A stretch of DNA of 62,471 bases, counting the filler, from Polymyxa betae A26-41 (Eukaryota > Protista > Endomyxa: Phytomyxea): the NCBI GenBank assembly GCA_003693705.1. It is 6 parts of 6 records of this genome, joined end to end, with 100 filler letters (N's around TTAATTAATTAA, not from the genome) between each part and the next. Parts side by side here need not be neighbours in the genome. Positions count along the whole stretch, not along the records: positions 18,443 to 31,054 come from RBZT01000103.1; positions 31,155 to 37,455 come from RBZT01000056.1; positions 37,556 to 47,826 come from RBZT01000291.1; 3 more parts are not named here. One strand, 5' to 3'. The position numbers and the translations under genes are program-made. This document shows positions 26,533 to 39,098 of this stretch, piece after piece. The notes under the pieces were generated by a model. It saw only the letters and a list, made by a program, of their open reading frames with translations. It was not told where the DNA came from and did no database searches. Numbering within the stretch: position 1 is the stretch's first letter; each line of letters begins with the position of its first letter.

Positions 26533-29407
26533 TTAGGCCACGTAGCGGAAGGCGTTCTGATTCTTATCATCACGCTCGATGTATTCGCGGTCCACCAGGC
26601 TGCTGATGCGTTTGTGGATGTCTTCGACGGGAACTGGGAAGCCGCACTGATCCAAGCTATAGCGAATCAGCTCGGTCTGGCTGCAGGATTTCACGGCTTT
26701 CATGTGACGGACGAGAATGGCATCGATCTGATACATTCGATCAGACATAACCTGGGCAGTGACTTCTTCGGTTTCCGTCTTGGCTTCGATCGGTCGAGCG
26801 AAGGCTGAGATGCGGCGTGAAGGATGGCTGAAACTTCGATTAACTTGAAATTCGTCAATATCCACGACCTGCACGAAAACATTGAATTTTGTTATGAAAA
26901 GACCAAGATGACCTACAGGTCCTTTCTTCCTCTTCTTTAGCACTCTCAGTTTTTCTTTGCAGAAAGAACCTAGAGCGTGTTTTAGCTGGTCGTCTGGGAG
27001 ACCTGTCCTGTCCTTCAACGCAGTGTACGACAGAATATCTGGTGCATCGTTAAAGGCGAGAAGCACCAAAGCCTGATAGGGCGAGACGATCAGTTCCTTC
27101 TTGCCCTGTGGAAAATGCCCCGCGATAATAGCATTCGAAACATGATAGACCCAACTTAGTTTCCGGCCGCTATGGCGAGCGACGTAAAATCGTTCGAAGT
27201 CGCTTTGATACTGTAGGATAGGTTGTGGAATGATCAACGGCAAGGATTGTGGCTGATTGAGAGATTGTGGCCAGTGAGATGTAGTCAACACTGTTGGGCA
27301 GAACTCAAACGGTTCCGAGGGCAAGCCAGGGTATTGGGCCACGATCTCTTGCGATAGTTCGATATCCTTGAACATACCTTCCAGCTTGGTGGTAAATAAT
27401 GCTCCGCATTCGGTGCGAAGCTTGCTGAATAAAGGTGTCAAATAGTAAAATATCGACAACCAATGGCATGACCTGATCATATTGATTTCGGCAGCCTGGC
27501 TGCAGGATTCATTCAGTAGCAGTCGCTGCGCCAAGGCAGCTTTATAGAATGCCTCGAACATGTCTTTACCATGGACGAACTTAAAAATTACCATGCAGCG
27601 ACTCAACCTCGCTTCGAGCTCATGTTCCTGTAACACAGAATAAAAACCATAAGAAAAGAAAAAAGACCAAAGAAAACATGATAGAGCAGACATGAATCTT
27701 CATGGAACCTCTAAGCAGCCAGTTAATATGCTTTGAGAGTAGTTCGGCAGGAAGATTTCCGCGAGACTTGAAAACGGCCTCGAAGGCATCCTTGCAAGAA
27801 TGCTGCAGATCAACGGTCATCTCACCCTGGGTAAAGTCAGAGAGCAAAAACTAAAGCGATTTCCAGCATTGCAATACCGCTTGATGAACAACAGTATCAA
27901 TATTGTCCTTAAATTGCCCGACTCTGTCGATAACGTCGCCTTCTCCGATTGTAACAGTGTCGCCTTTCAAGATTTCCATGCTGCAATGCATGACGTAGTC
28001 ATGAAGCGCCAGCTTTATGCGATCTTGGCCCTTAGCACGAGATGCGAGCTGGAAGAACAAAGCCAGTGAAGATAGTGTAGAGGGCAATGCTGACATTAGC
28101 GCAGAGAAGCCGTTTTGAATCAAAGTCTAATGAAATAATTAGAAAGTGTTTGAAAATGTTTGATCCCTGAACGTTTGGAGAAAAAGGCAGACTAAGACAA
28201 TGAAACGGTAAAAAGTCTTTAAATTCACCCAAACATCCCCAACAACTGCAAGAAGAAAGAATTCAGAGAGCATTGCGCAAAACAATTATGCAAAATGAAA
28301 CAGGTAAAGCAAAGGTAAAGCTGACAGGTAGGTGCTGGGCTACCAGCTTTTGTTCAACAGAGGATATGGTGTGCGGGAGGGTATGTGCTTGCAGATATGC
28401 CTGGACTCGTGAAGTTTCTTGTTCCAAACGTGATCGCACATGCTCGAGGTAATTAGCAACGTTCATATCAGGAGCAGAACACATTGCAATGCCTTCTTGT
28501 TCATAGAACCTAGAGATGAAGCCGCTCAATATCCAGGATTTAAAAGTTTGAAAGTTTGAGTAGAAATGGCATTCGAAAAGCAGATTGGGAAAGAAAGAAA
28601 TTTCCAAGCAGTAGAATGATCATCAGACATAGGGCAAAAAGCAAAAAACACAAAGCTGAAACGTTACTCTTTTGTTTCCTTCAGAAACTCGGTCTCGATC
28701 ACTTCATATAAATTCAATTCGCAGGTCATATCGACAATATCTCGAACCAGACTTGAACTTTCATCCATATGATCGATGCCTTCGCGCTCTTCTCGGAATC
28801 GATCCATCAACGCGCAAATCATTCGGGGAAAAGCAGCGCCGCTCATCAGCTCGTTGCGAAAGATCTCTTTCCCCATGGTAGCAATCGCACCTGGCTTCAA
28901 TATGACCCTGTCCAGATACATAAAAATGCTGATAATCGTCGTCATCTGCCGACAGTGTGTCGTCCAGACAACATGGACCGCCTCAATCTGATCCCGATCG
29001 ATCGTCTCATGCAGAGCCTGAAGCTCTTCCTTACAATGCTTTTGATAATGCTCTCTCATCTGCGAATATGTCTCTTGACCTTGCTCTACATAGCAACTTT
29101 AACACAACAGCCCGAGCTTAAGCATCAACTCACTTAGCACGCATAGGTTCTGAACAGTCCTAAACAGACGTTCGCGGCCCTGGATGGCCCCAGTCGACGA
29201 CGCCGTGATAGCGATGAGCGCCTCTTGCAGCATCTCTTTAGCCGCCTTCTCATACTGAGAGGTATCAGGGGCGACATAGTCTCTAGGTAGAATGATGCGA
29301 CACTGGTGTTCAATGGGCTGATTGGGAGGCTGGGCTGGAGCCTCTGAGTCTTCATGAGCCATGGTCGATACGTTACCGCCTGTGCTCAGCTTTCGCTTCC
29401 GGTGCAT
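26533..29407 (-). CDS. CUL4: cullin, most like cullin-4 (multi-exon)
   Basis: IFMYLDR, FKFVHGKDMFEAFYK, KLRTECG..FTTKLEGMFKDIELS, GRKLSW, IDAILVRHMK (neddylation Lys), LVDREYIERD...FRYVA. Confidence 0.9.
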
Positions 29408-29465
29408 CGTCGTCACTCTTGGTGACAATGAGAACCTGCATCAAAGAGGCCGCGCTGTGTTCATC

Positions 29466-29625
29466 TCGCACTTTTTTGGTTCGCACTTTACTCTGGGCTC
29501 GAAAAACGTGTTCGCACTTTATTCTGGGTTCAAATGGAGAGACGTGTTCGCACTTTATTCAGGGTTCAAATGGAGAAACGTGTCCCCGCACTTTACTCTG
29601 GGATCAAATTGAGAAACATGATCGC
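29466..29625. repeat. ~36-bp tandem repeat (about 4 copies) upstream of the cullin
   Basis: Unit TTCGCACTTTATTCTGGGTTCAAATGGAGAAACGTG with variants; no unique spacers. Confidence 0.85.
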
Positions 29626-29869
29626 ATTTTTTGTGCAGATATCAACGCCTGTGCTCAGCAGCTTTCACTTCAGTTTTGAAACAATCAATCGTCATCACTG
29701 TTGGCGGCAAATGCAAACATCCATGTTGTTTGCAGAATTCACCCTCGTACCTTTGTGGATTCGCGATCAAGCGATAAAGAGCTCGCACTTTAAAACCAAC
29801 GTCGAGGTTCTCGATGCCAAGACCGGCACCTGCGATCGAGCAATCGGGCCAACTTTCTGTATCTTCTCC

Positions 29870-30400
29870 AGGATGGCTAGCAAACATTCTTCGGAGCTCG
29901 CACGAGTCTGCCTTGATCGTGCCCCAAAGAATGCAACCCTGACTTCGCCTGATGTACAGAAAAACGTGTCGGCAATGGCGTCGGAGGTCATGAAAAATAT
30001 TGTTCGAGAGCTCCGCAATAACTTCTTCTGCATTATGATTGACGAAACTCGAGACGAATCAGTCAAAGGCCAGATGTTATTGGTCGGCTCTGCCTGGTGA
30101 GAGAAGGGTTAAATTCAAAATAGATTCTTTGATATGGCTCTCCGACATTCGTTCCGAATCTTTACGGGAAGCCACTGTCACAGCCTGTTCATCGCCACGG
30201 CTTCACTATCAGTCATGTACGAAGGTCAGGGCTACCAATGGGCTCGGCGAGCTCAACGGCCTCCAGCCCATCTGCGCTTACATCTACTGCTCTGCTCATC
30301 GGCTGCAGCTGGCTCTGATGTTAATCGCTAAATCTCAAGTCAAGGTTTGTTTGTTCTTGAATGATGGAAATTCGATCTGTGTGGCCCCTGCGGCATGTTG
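29870..30400 (+). mobile_element. hAT transposase relic (DUF4371/ZMYM-like)
   Basis: APKNATLTSPDVQ, FCIMIDETRDESVKGQM, GQGY, YIYCSAHRLQLAL. Confidence 0.8.
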
Positions 30401-30710
30401 ACCGATAACGACAAACTCCGAGACGCTCAGGCAGCACAACTCCGTCATGACAACAATAATCACGAATGCACCCAGCGACTCCGTCCCTGCTGGCTTCGGC
30501 AAGACGCCCAGAACATTACTGTCACGAACGAGCCTCATTAACGCTGTTGAGGATGCGTCAGCATCCGNNNNNNNNNNNNNNNNNNNNNNNNNNNNNNNNN
30601 NNNNNNNNNNNNNNNNNNNNNNNNNNNNNNNNNNNNNNNNNNNNNNNNNNNNNNNNNNNNNNNNNNNNNNNNNNNNNNNNNNNNNNNNNNNNNNNNNNNN
30701 NNNNNNNNNN

Positions 30711-31054
30711 ATGCAACCAGAGGCAATCCAAGCAAACAGCTTAATCACAAAATCATTCAAAGGTGCCAAGCTGAACGACGAGAATTATACGATGTGGGCG
30801 TTCCAAATGAAGGTTCACCTGAAATCCATACGGCTATGGCACATCGTCGAGACAAGGCCATCTCAAAGTCAACATGAAAATGATGCCTGCTTTGCGGAAA
30901 TTGTCAACAACATCGAGGCGGATCAAGTTATGACTGTCATCGAGTGCAGAACTCCGGCCGACGCATGGAATGCACTAGAGCGTTCACACAGAGCCCGAAC
31001 ATTCTCACACGTGCAATTTATGAAGCAGGACTTTATTAACAAAACATTTAATGT
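30711..31054 (+). mobile_element. Ty1/copia gag N-terminus
   Basis: KLNDENYTMWAFQMKVHLKSIRLWHIV, TPADAWNALE. Bounded by gaps. Confidence 0.85.
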
Positions 31055-31154
31055 NNNNNNNNNNNNNNNNNNNNNNNNNNNNNNNNNNNNNNNNNNNNTT
31101 AATTAATTAANNNNNNNNNNNNNNNNNNNNNNNNNNNNNNNNNNNNNNNNNNNN

Positions 31155-31269
31155 CTCCGATGAACCGGAAACTCTCCAAGGTCCGAGCTATCCTCCGACT
31201 TTGGCTATATTTAAGGGCTTGTAATCTATCTAATATATTCATTCTGCATTCATCATTGCAATCTTAACA
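31155..31269 (+). repeat. partial LTR, inverted copy of the 34235-34400 family
   Basis: Shares AAGGGCTTGTAATC.ATCTAATAT...TCATTCTGCATTCATCATT with the reverse complement of 34235-34400. Confidence 0.8.
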
Positions 31270-31284
31270 TCGAGATCTCAAGTA

Positions 31285-34200
31285 GCGCTCTAAGCCCAAC
31301 GCTGTAACTTCTGAGCCACTGGCTTAGATACATTAGACTGGGAAAAGATCTGTGTTAGATTTTTATGATCAACATATAGCTTAAATGGTCTGTCGTTCAT
31401 TAGCAAATAATCAAGCTTATTCAAAGCATCAACTACTGCAAATCCTTCCTTCTCAACAATTGACCAATTCAATTGAGCGCCTGAGAATTTATGTCCACAA
31501 AATCCCAAAGGCTCGTGTCTTTGTTGCGCTACAGGTTTATCTAAATCCGATAATATAACGGTATCTGTGTAACTACTGCAGAACTATTTCTTTCATTAGC
31601 ATCAGTGTATACGCACTGAATCATATCTTTTTTAGGATATGACAAGTTCACATGATGAGCAATTGCTGCCTTAAGTTCCTCAAAGCCAACGCATGCAAAG
31701 GACTCCAGCCATATATTGAAAGCCTAACTTGTCTAGCAATCGTCTTAGTTCTACCTGGCTGTCCCTTCAAAGCTTCTTCAAAAATTTGCTGTAAAGCATA
31801 TACCTTAATTAGTATTAAACTCTGGGATACTCCTACTCATCCAATGAGCTGCCATAAGAAACTGCTGTAAGTCTCTTGCTGTTTTCGGCTGAGGTATCTC
31901 TATCAAAGCTTTAATTCGCGCTGGGTCATGAGACACTCCGCTAATAGAAAATATTCTACCACAGTACTTGACTTCAGTGGAAAAAAACTCACACTTTTCA
32001 ATATTGAATTTAATATTAAACTGTGAAGCCAACTGTAAAACACTTTCTAAAATGACAAACCACTGCTCTAACGTCGCATCATGTCCAAGCAAATCATCAA
32101 TCCAGATAATTAGCTTGTCTAATATCAAATCCTTGAATACTTCATGCATCCTGGATTGAAATTGAATAGCTGAATTCAAAGCTCCTTGAATAGATCTTCT
32201 CGGAGTGAAAACTGCGCTATCTGTCATAAAAGAGAACATCTCTTGACATTCTTCTGCTAACGGCATAAGCCAAAAACCCTTAAAAGCATCTAACTTAAAC
32301 CAATATTTAGAATCTCCCAAATGAGTAACAATGGACTCAAGAAAGGGCATTGGCCATTACAGCATGTAAATCAACACACATCCTGTGACCACCTCCTTCT
32401 TTTTTAACCACCAACACAGGTGAAGCCCACTCAGAATTGAGATTCTCATAAATCAAACCATTGGCAACTAAGTCATCCGTAAAATTTTTAAGAAATTGAC
32501 TTTGCTCCAGACTGTTTTTCCTAGGTTTGCATTTATATGGGTTAGCATTCGACTTAAGACTTGTTTTAAATGGAGTAACTTTGGCTGGAAAATCTGCTCC
32601 CATTTTGACCCTAAATACATCAGTGTACTTATAGAGTAAAGTTTTTAACTTAGAAATCCAGTGTTTATCTAAACCAGAATGACTTGCTCTTTCCATAGCT
32701 TTATCAATACTGCTTTGGAAAACCTCAGTCTCTGAATTACTAAGTACAGGCTCCATACTATTCTTCAATCCTGCCTGTTTCTGCCTTACACATGCCAAGT
32801 CATTTATAGCATTATAAGGATCAATCCCTAACGACTGTAAGATGTCATTACCTAAGATGATTTCATCTCCTGGCACATCCCAGACTAAGAATCGTCGATC
32901 CGTAACTAACACTCGTCCAGCCTGAGTAAGGATCTTGATATCTAAAGTCACAGTCTCAGAAACCTCTACAGTGCTTTTATTGTCTCCCAATTTAATCAAA
33001 ATCGGCTGATCCAGCTCTACAAGTTTCATGTCATCAAGTTCAGACTTGATCACTTCATTAAGCACACGCTTAGAAATAAGAGAAACCTGATTGGCACCGC
33101 TATCCAAGATTGCTGGAACTGTCATCCCTGATCCAATTTGAACTAGAGTAGTTCGATCAGTATTTAAGTTCAAAGCACAGACCAAAGTATAATCCGAAAC
33201 TTTCTTGGATTTTTTATTCAGCTGCGGACAAAGACGCCGAGGATGTCCAACTTCATGGCACTGGAATCAGGACACATTCTTGCACTTTTCCGCATCAATC
33301 GACTCCGATCGCGGGCGCTTCTTCGATGATGAGTTCAAGTCCTTTTTGCTTATTCTGGGACTTCGCGCGCTGGTCACTCGACCCCTTCGGTTTTCGCTGG
33401 TCAGTCTTGCCTGACAATGAAATCCGATTCTGGCACGTCAAAACACGATCAACCATAATCGCACAAGATTTAAGCTTATTATGGAATCGCCAAAGATTTT
33501 TACCCACCATACCATCATGCTCGATCTCAGCGCGCAACATCCCCTGTAGTTCTCGAGGCCGTGCAGCTCGTATCAGCATCCGGATCAGCTTGATTCGACC
33601 CTCCTCCGATTCGCGCATGCTCGACAGCTGGTACCGTTGCCAGTTATTTTCAAACGACTGCATAAACTTCTCAACTCCGGACAGCGACATTCCTGGAGTG
33701 AACTCCATCTTCAAACTGGCCATGGCAGCTTGAACATGATTAACACTGTCGGTCGATTCCTGAGCAAGTTGACGTCGAACATAGTCACTCAAGACTTTGT
33801 CCGTCAGCAAAGAAACCTCCATGAGTTCATCCAATTCCCAATTCGCGATGTAGAATAATTTGTCTGGATGAAACAGTGCGCGAAGAGGAATTGCATTCCC
33901 TGAAGCGATCATCCGAAGATAGTAATCGTTCGCTTGGACGTACCATGCGGCAAGTTCAGCACGGGAATTGCCGTTATACAGCGGCGGCGTCTCCTGGTTG
34001 ATTACGAATGCACCGTTAAAAAGATTCGGGGCTTGCTGCATCATTCGATCATGTTGACCGTTATCAGCAGCTGAATTACCAGGCTGCTGTTCACCTCCGT
34101 TATCGGCCGAATTTTGCGCCGACTGGTTCTCAACATTGTCTGTCATATTCACCATGTCAACCAGAGTATATCAGTTCTTGAAATGGCAAATAAGTGCAGC

Positions 34201-34400
34201 TAAAGATATCTTTGTAGCAAATCTACTAAATTGATGTTAGAGTTGTAATGATGAATGCAGAATGATTATATTAGATGGATTACAAGCCCTTATATATCAC
34301 TAAGATCGGAGGTTAGCTAGGAACTCGGAGAGTTTCCGATTAACGGAGTTTAGTCAGGTCCGATCGGAGGTTAGTCAAATATTGCGTATATATTGACACA
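31285..34400 (-). mobile_element. Ty3/gypsy element (5' LTR 34235-34400, gag, PR, RT, RNase H), disrupted and truncated
   Basis: gag 33295-34155 plus a frameshifted, damaged CCHC knuckle (FQCHEVGHPRRLC). ILDSGA, WASPVLVVKK, LDAFKGFW, WIDDLL, WSIVEKEGFAVV, VDHKNL. Confidence 0.93.
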
Positions 34401-35659
34401 TTTGCTAAATGAGCGACATACAAACATTTGTCGGTTAAGCATTGCGTAAAACCGGAATTTATAAGGAATGCATGGAATACAGAGTTCTAAATTCTACCGG
34501 CTTGTTTCAAACCGTAGATTGATTTTTGTAATATACAAACTTTGTTTCTATTTTCGTTTAAGTTGCAGCCGGGCGGTTGTCTCACATATATTTCCGTATC
34601 GATATCGCCGTAAAGATAGGCGGTTGTAATATCGATGTGTTCGAGCTCGAGATCGAGGTGAGCTGCGATTGCCATAAGTAGACGAAATGATGTAAAATTG
34701 TAAATCGTGCTACCGGGCGTATGTTTCGTTAAAGTCGGTATATCACTTTGAAAACCCACATCGAACCAACAATAGAACGTCCGGGAACCGGTGCGTCCAC
34801 CAGCGTCCAGATGCCGTTATCACTATGTGACGCGAGCTCCGATTCGATAGCTTGTTCCATTCCCTTGAATATGGGCTTTTCAGGGCCTCATTTATTGATT
34901 TAGGCATTGGAATTTTGTCAATGGAGCGCTGAACAGTCGCTGCCAAAGATTTAATGCAGCTGCTGTCAAGGTAAAAACCCAGATCGCGTTGTTTGCGTTT
35001 GCGGGTGGAGGTGAGTGCTGGCGCAGCCCTCTTCGAATCTGATAATGAACATGTTCCGCAGTCATTAATGGGACCACCAGTTAATGCTGTCGAAGAACTG
35101 TTTGGAAATGAATCGTTTATTTGAACGTCGAAATCATCAGTAGAGGCTGCCTGGTGAGGGCTACTTGGGAATTGAAATTCTTCCTCATCTTCAGATTCGG
35201 ATGACGAGTGCGGATAACAATTTTGCTGAAGGTCGCCGTCAGTGTACGAAGGATCGTTCGGTTCGTCGAATTCGGGATCGTTGAGTGGATCCGTTCGGCC
35301 GAGACTTGTGAATGGGAATCCTTCCTCATTAAAACGAACATCGCGACTTTCAAAAATGACGTCAGCTTCTGTCGTAAAGTATGTACCCACTACTCGTTTG
35401 AGAGTGACCTAGATAGGCGCATTTCACAGCTCTATCGCTGAGTTTATGCTGGCGCTGATTTCTAGGGATTAAAGAGAAAGCGGCACATCCAAAAATCCGT
35501 ATTTGGGATAAATCGGGTTTGCGCTTGAACCATATTTCGAATGGTGTTTTATTTTGTGGAAGTGATTTTGTTGGAGATCGATTATGGATGTATGCGGCGT
35601 GCTGCACCGCGTATGTCCAAAAAAAATTGCGGAACATTAACGTGATACATCATGCAGCG

Positions 35660-35833
35660 TGTGGTGTACATGAACTGGCTGGCGTGTGGTGACAAGCTTA
35701 TCAGAGGATCGGTCGAATCGGATGAATGTAGACGGTGATGAAGCGCGGTAGTATAAGAGAGAACATGAACTGTGGCATATTGGAAGAGAAATAAAATAGA
35801 GTTTCATTCGACAGAGATCTGATCCAGATTACA
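35660..35833 (+). repeat. solo-LTR-like insertion in the copia integrase
   Basis: TG...CA ends, AATAAA, AGCG duplicated. It splits integrase between LLDISR and CMMYH. Confidence 0.7.
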
Positions 35834-36744
35834 AAAGCGTGAAATATCAAGTAACGTTCGATTAATACGTTCGGACGATGCGTTTTCCTGAGAGCTATTA
35901 GGCATTGTACGCTCTAAGGTGATCCCGTTAAGTTGTAAAAAATTTAGAAACTCATTGGAGTTGAACTCGCCCCCTCCGTCCACACGGAGAATTCGCAGTT
36001 TTGTTTAGTGAAAAGTATTAACAGATTTTCTGTAATTTTTGAAGATTTGGAATGCCTCAGATTTGCTTGTCAAGCAGAATACCTGGACATAGTGGCTATA
36101 TTGGTCGAGTATTGCCATCATATATATTTCTCTATTGATGGTAGGTGGTAGGGGTCCGCACAGGTCAATTGAAACACGACCGAGGACTGCAGTGGCGCGA
36201 CGTTCAGGTTTACCGTGACTACGGAACGGTGTACGAGTACCTTTACCGTGTATACACGATTCACAGAAAGACGTTTTATTGCTTCCTGTAATTATAATGC
36301 CGGTGGCGCTGCCACGGAAAAGATGTTTCAGGCTGATAGAGTTCATGTGACCCATTCGTGCATGCCATATTGGCTCATGTTGCAGAATTTGAGAGAGCAA
36401 GTGTGTTAACTTGTGATTGAGTACTGCTTTCGGTTGGTGTTGAAGAAATGTAATAAAGATCTTCTTCTCGTTGACCGACTGCTATTAATTTTCGTTCTTC
36501 GGAGGTGAATAATTTCACACTGTTGGCGCCGAAGACTACATTCATTCCATTATCAGTGGCTGCGCTGACGGAGAGGTAGTTTCCGGATAATTCTGGAACG
36601 TAAATGGCGTTTTTAAAAACCATGTTCACTGGAAGTCTATCATCGGGCTGCTGGAGTTGCATTGAAGTGGATCCAGAACCGACAATGGTTAATTTGTGGT
36701 TTTAAGTATTGTAGTGAGCCAACAGCTTCGCGATAGCCAATGTA

Positions 36745-36806
36745 TCGGTTTGGGAACCAACTAAGCAATCTAAGCGCTTAGATTGCTTAGTTGGTTCCTA
36801 AACCGA
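36745..36806. repeat. 62-bp loop-less palindrome (1 mismatch)
   Basis: TCGGTTTGGGAACCAACTAAGCAATCTAAGC|GCTTAGATTGCTTAGTTGGTTCCTAAACCGA. Confidence 0.95.
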
Positions 36807-37555
36807 ATTTGTTTCATGAAGTCACGCTCAGTTTGTTTGAGGGCTCATTCCGGAGTGAAGTCGGGAATTTGGGATTTCCGGTGTTGGAGTCGGATTATAG
36901 TTTGTCATTTCTGTTTGACTTTGCAAATGCCGTTGTGTCCGAGTGGTCAAGGAGGAAGACTTGAAATCTGCTGGGCCCAAAATTAATATGTTATGTGATG
37001 GATCTAGGAGGAGACAAGAGACGAGAGAGAGGGGAACACGACTGATTTTATTCGCAGGGTCGGATCCAGCATGGTCAGTGCTGGAGCTGGAACGCCGCGA
37101 CGGACTTGGAGATTAGGGACTGAGAGGTATATAGGGAGTTCACGGTGAATCTAAACCCTAGAGCCCTAAACCCTGAACCCAAATACATTCCAACAGTTGA
37201 AGTCAGAAAATCACGATTTAACAGAAGAGGTTTTAATTTCTAGATAATATTAACCAGAAGAGTTGATTGTCGGAAGTCAAGCTTTTCCCACTGGGTTTTT
37301 AATGCGATATTCTGAAGTCAACTATAGAAGAATGCACTTAAACACACTGATCTTAGCAAAATCAAATTTTATTAAGCTTTTATTGTGTGTTAGAAGCGGT
37401 TTCACAAGAAGGAAGAGAGGGAAGCTAATTTCGAAGGAGGGGAATGTATCAACTTNNNNNNNNNNNNNNNNNNNNNNNNNNNNNNNNNNNNNNNNNNNNT
37501 TAATTAATTAANNNNNNNNNNNNNNNNNNNNNNNNNNNNNNNNNNNNNNNNNNNN

Positions 37556-38960
37556 GTCTAACTGTAGCTTGGTTTTTGATGGATTGTGGTCGCTATTGAG
37601 GATTGGCATCACCTTATGTTTTAATATGGTTTCATAGGCTTCATTATTGGCTAGTGTGATATCTAATGTGTTATTCTCTCTAGTTGGAATCCTTTTATCG
37701 TTTACTAGGTGTAAATGGAGTAGTACTTCGTCTTGATATCTGTGGCTTTCTGTGTGGTTGGCTCCAAATCTTTTATCGCGGGTATTCAAATCCCCTGTGA
37801 CTAATACTTTATGTGTGCGATTCGCGTTGCACCATTCGTCTATGAACTGAAGAAGATCTTTCCAGTATTCGCGCTTCTGGCAATGTGAGTCAACTCCGGC
37901 GCGATGTATGTGTGTACTAATAATAGTTCGCTATTTATGTTCAAGCATTGTGTCAGAACCCGTGGGTGGTTATTATCCAGGTCTGTCCTTATCTTTGTGA
38001 TATTAAGTCCTTGTCTCCAGAAGATCGCGCTTTGGGTGTCTGTATCGCTATAATCATAGAGAGGAAATCCCTGGATTTTTCTATAATGAGATGCATAGAA
38101 CGTCAAATGTGCTGTTTGATACTAATAACTCAAGTTGTGCTTTTTTCTCTGCGTTTAAAGAGCAGGCATTCCACTGTAAGATTTTCAAGGTATGTTGGTT
38201 TTCTACTGGATCTTCGGTTGCCTGGATCGAAATCTCAGAATGGGATTCGTGAGTATCATCGACGTGATCTATCTGCAGTCTATTAAAATAGTCGGTGATG
38301 TTTTCTGTCGTGGAGTTCCATTGCCTGGTGGTGGGAATCGAAAGATTCTATCTTTGGTTTCTTCGGTGCGGTGATTAAATGGTTTCTCCGAGCTATCAAG
38401 TCTCTGTACTTCATTCTCTATGTGTTGTTTTGGCGTTATTTCACTATCTTTGTTATTTTGATGGGTTTTGTGTTTTCTCGAAAAGAGGTGGTTTTGATTC
38501 CTGTGGTATAATCCGTTGCAAAATATGTAGAAACGATCATTGATTTTTAAGGTGAACATTTTCTGGCATAGATAATTGCTGAATATTGCTATTCGGGATG
38601 TTTTGTGGCGATCCATGAGATAAATAGTTCGAGTCCGAAGACTATTGTTTATTCGAGCCCGATGCCTATTGAATAATAGGGTCCGAAGACAATTGTATAA
38701 TCGAGTCCGAAGACTTGTATAATTTCGATCGAGATGCTCTCGAGATTGATCGGGTCCTTTTCCAGAGAATACTATGCGGTATTCTCGGAGAAAGAGACTT
38801 AGCAGGGACTGGAACAAGATCCAGCCTGCCCCGGACACCGCCAATGAAACTGACCTGCCTTGGGATAGTCCCAGAGAGTGATCAATCCGAGCGTCATTGC
38901 GGGGACCCCCTGGTCCCGCTCGGCTGGGGCCGGCGGACCGGTAAGGGGAGGGCATTGCCA
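37556..38960 (-). mobile_element. LINE 5' relic: APE-type endonuclease plus upstream remnant
   Basis: LKILQWNACSL (~38160-38192), VHTYIAP, VTGDLN, PTR..NTLDITL, SDHNP. Confidence 0.8.
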
Positions 38961-39098
38961 TGGTCGACGCTCTCGACCGACCGTTAGACCGACTCCGCTA
39001 CGTCGCCTGGGCCTCGAGACAGAGCTTGGACGCCGACGACGACCCGCTTGATGACGTCGAGACGCTCACACCAACCCCGCACTTTCGGAGTGAAAATC

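Larger units (their letters stand above)
34401..37195 (-). mobile_element. Ty1/copia element, rearranged (5' LTR, PR end, integrase, RT start)
   Basis: LTR 36989-37195 (TGTTGG...ATAACA), PBS-like TGGGCCCAG, WHARMGH..CESC, SIDLCGP, ERINRTL, FWTYAV, SRDVRFNE, HIDITTAYLYG. Confidence 0.93.

Noticed and set aside
29466-29625. CRISPR-like 36-bp repeats
   Set aside because: Units are directly adjacent with no unique spacers, the context is eukaryotic, and there are no cas genes.
30447-31106. 219-aa ORF spanning an N gap
   Set aside because: Artefact of translating through Ns; it joins unrelated sequence to a copia gag.
31155-34400. DIRS-type element (inverted terminal repeats)
   Set aside because: It has an aspartic protease and gypsy-type RT/RNase H, with no tyrosine recombinase.
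38269-38961. 230-aa ORF as a real gene
   Set aside because: No motifs; it runs through a tandem repeat in the decayed 5' part of a LINE.
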